A stretch of DNA of 64,000 bases from Candidatus Aldehydirespirator catecholifindens (GTDB lineage: Bacteria > Actinomycetota > Acidimicrobiia > Acidimicrobiales > Aldehydirespiratoraceae): positions 2,033 to 66,032 of the forward strand of contig JAPYNU010000046.1 in NCBI GenBank assembly GCA_028283245.1, read 5' to 3'. The notes under the pieces are model-generated. The model made no database searches. It had not been told where the DNA came from and saw nothing but the letters and a program-made list of their open reading frames with translations. A program made the translations under genes and the position numbers. Of the stretch, positions 62,797 through 64,000 are shown piece by piece (position 1 is the first letter of the stretch; every line of letters begins with the position of its first letter).

Positions 62797-64000
62797 ATGA
62801 GTACCGTGATTGAGGCCGAGGTCAGGCAGCAGATCGACAAACGGCTCGAAGCGCACGGCTGGGTGCTTGACGCGGCTGCGCCGAATCAGGATGTTTTCGT
62901 TGAGCGTGCAGTGGTGCCTCGGCTGACCACCACCCAACGGTCTCGGCTCGGCAGCTTGGCGCCCGACTATTCGTTGTTCTGCGATGGCGTCATCATCGGC
63001 GTGATTGAGGCGAAAAAGCCGAGAGTGCCTATTGCCCAAGCGCTTGAGCAGGCCGTTGATTACGCAGAGCGGCTCAATGTGGAGTTCGTGTTCGCTTGCA
63101 ATGGCCCCGTGTTCAAGTCGCTGCATCTGCCCACGGGGGCGCCGTTGCGGTTGAACGGAACAGAGGTAATGGAGCCGTTGAGTCCGTTGCAGTTGCGGGG
63201 CTTTCGTGAGGTCGGCTCGCCTGATCTGACCACGGTGCCGCAATCGGTGATTGCTTCCCGCGAGGAATTGATTGAGATTTTCGAGCGGCTGAACAACGTG
63301 ATGAGGCAGGCCGGAGTGCGTGTCGGGATCGACCGCTTCACCGAGTTCGCGAACATCTTGTTTCTCAAGCTGGCGAGTGAGCGGGGCGATACTGCCACGA
63401 TTTGGCGCGATTTGTGTGCCAGACCGCCAGAAGACCTCCCTGCCTACCTGAACGGGTTCGTGCTCAATAAGCTGCGCGAACGCTACGACAACGACGTGCT
63501 GGCTCCCACGCAGATCAACGGAGCGGCGCTGAAGCAGATCGTCAACGAACTGAATCCACTGCACCTCACCAGTGTCGATGAAGATGTCAAGGGCGTTGCG
63601 TTTGAGCATTTCCTCAGCCGCACTACGAGCGGCAACGACCTGGGCGAGTATTTCACGCCGCGCTGGGTTGTGCGGCTCGCAGTCAAGATTCTGAACCCTC
63701 AGTTTGGTCAGACCGTGTACGACCCGTTCTGTGGCACGGGCGGTTTCCTGATCGAAGCGTTCGGACATCTCGGCCAGCAGATCCGCCCGACGGCAGCCAA
63801 CGTCAAGAAGCTTCAGAAGGAAACTGTGTTCGGCACCGAGATCACATAGACAGCACGTATAGCGAAGATGAACATGATCCTGTTCGGAGACGGCCATTCC
63901 GGAGTTGAGCAGGGCGACAGCCTCAGCCATGCGAAGCAGCGGGGCGGCTATGCCAACGTGCTGTCCAATATCCCGTTCTCCCAAAAGGTCGAGTCGGTGT
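62797..64000 (+). pseudogene. Fused PD-(D/E)xK nuclease (HsdR-N-type) / N6-adenine methyltransferase (type IIG- or type I-like), interrupted by in-frame TAG; 3' end outside window
   Basis: N-terminal EAEVRQQIDKRLEAHGWVL...PDYSLF..GVIEAKKP. MTase motif I FTPRWVVRLAVKIL...VYDPFCGTGGFLIEAF. A TAG at 63847-63849 is followed in the same frame by TARIAKMNMILFGDGH...VLSNIPFS (motif IV). Confidence 0.7.

Noticed and set aside
62653-63984. 443-aa minus-strand ORF
   Set aside because: It is antisense to a plus-strand frame with clear nuclease and methyltransferase motifs. It has no recognisable motifs and a composition typical of shadow ORFs in GC-rich DNA.

Overview
High-GC actinobacterial-type chromosomal window. 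It has frequent GTG/TTG starts and the core synteny tRNA-Ser / SRP RNA / dnaX / recR. It may be Acidimicrobiia-like, but the taxon cannot be established from the sequence alone.

Order of content:
- (1) Metal-efflux cluster: partial P1B-ATPase, a CDF with an extreme His-rich tail, and a Fur-family regulator.
- (2) A ~13 kb carbohydrate/amino-sugar locus: SIS protein, AraM-like dehydrogenase, sugar ABC transporter, GH2, DegT aminotransferase, Gfo/Idh/MocA oxidoreductase, GH4, BadF-type kinase.
- (3) A 1279-aa secreted repeat/Calx-beta protein with a compositional break inside the gene.
- (4) An accessory patch around tRNA-Thr: DUF4143 ATPase, a DUF429 RNase-H-like protein, and a PstI/BsuBI-type R-M system whose endonuclease is broken.
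- (5) Housekeeping and miscellaneous genes, including a fasciclin / ECF sigma / RskA-like anti-sigma trio and a DUF222-HNH gene.
- (6) tRNA-Ser, SRP RNA, an unusual array of ~23-bp repeats, dnaX, recR.
- (7) A toxin-antitoxin patch: DUF2442/DUF4160 and AbiEi/AbiEii.
- (8) Methylmalonyl-CoA epimerase, acyl-CoA carboxylase beta and epsilon subunits, cyclophilin.
- (9) tRNA-Lys with a HicB-like ORF running into it.
- (10) A second GH2 paralog lacking both catalytic glutamates.
- (11) A secreted protein split at a C11 tract, a nucleotidyltransferase-fold pair, and a nuclease-methyltransferase fusion interrupted by an in-frame TAG.

No CRISPR array, transposase or integrase was recognised. The most notable themes are decayed restriction functions, homopolymer tracts at the 5' ends of secreted-protein genes, and an unusually high density of short tandem duplications both inside genes and in promoters. 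All family assignments are by-eye motif recognition and no searches were run.
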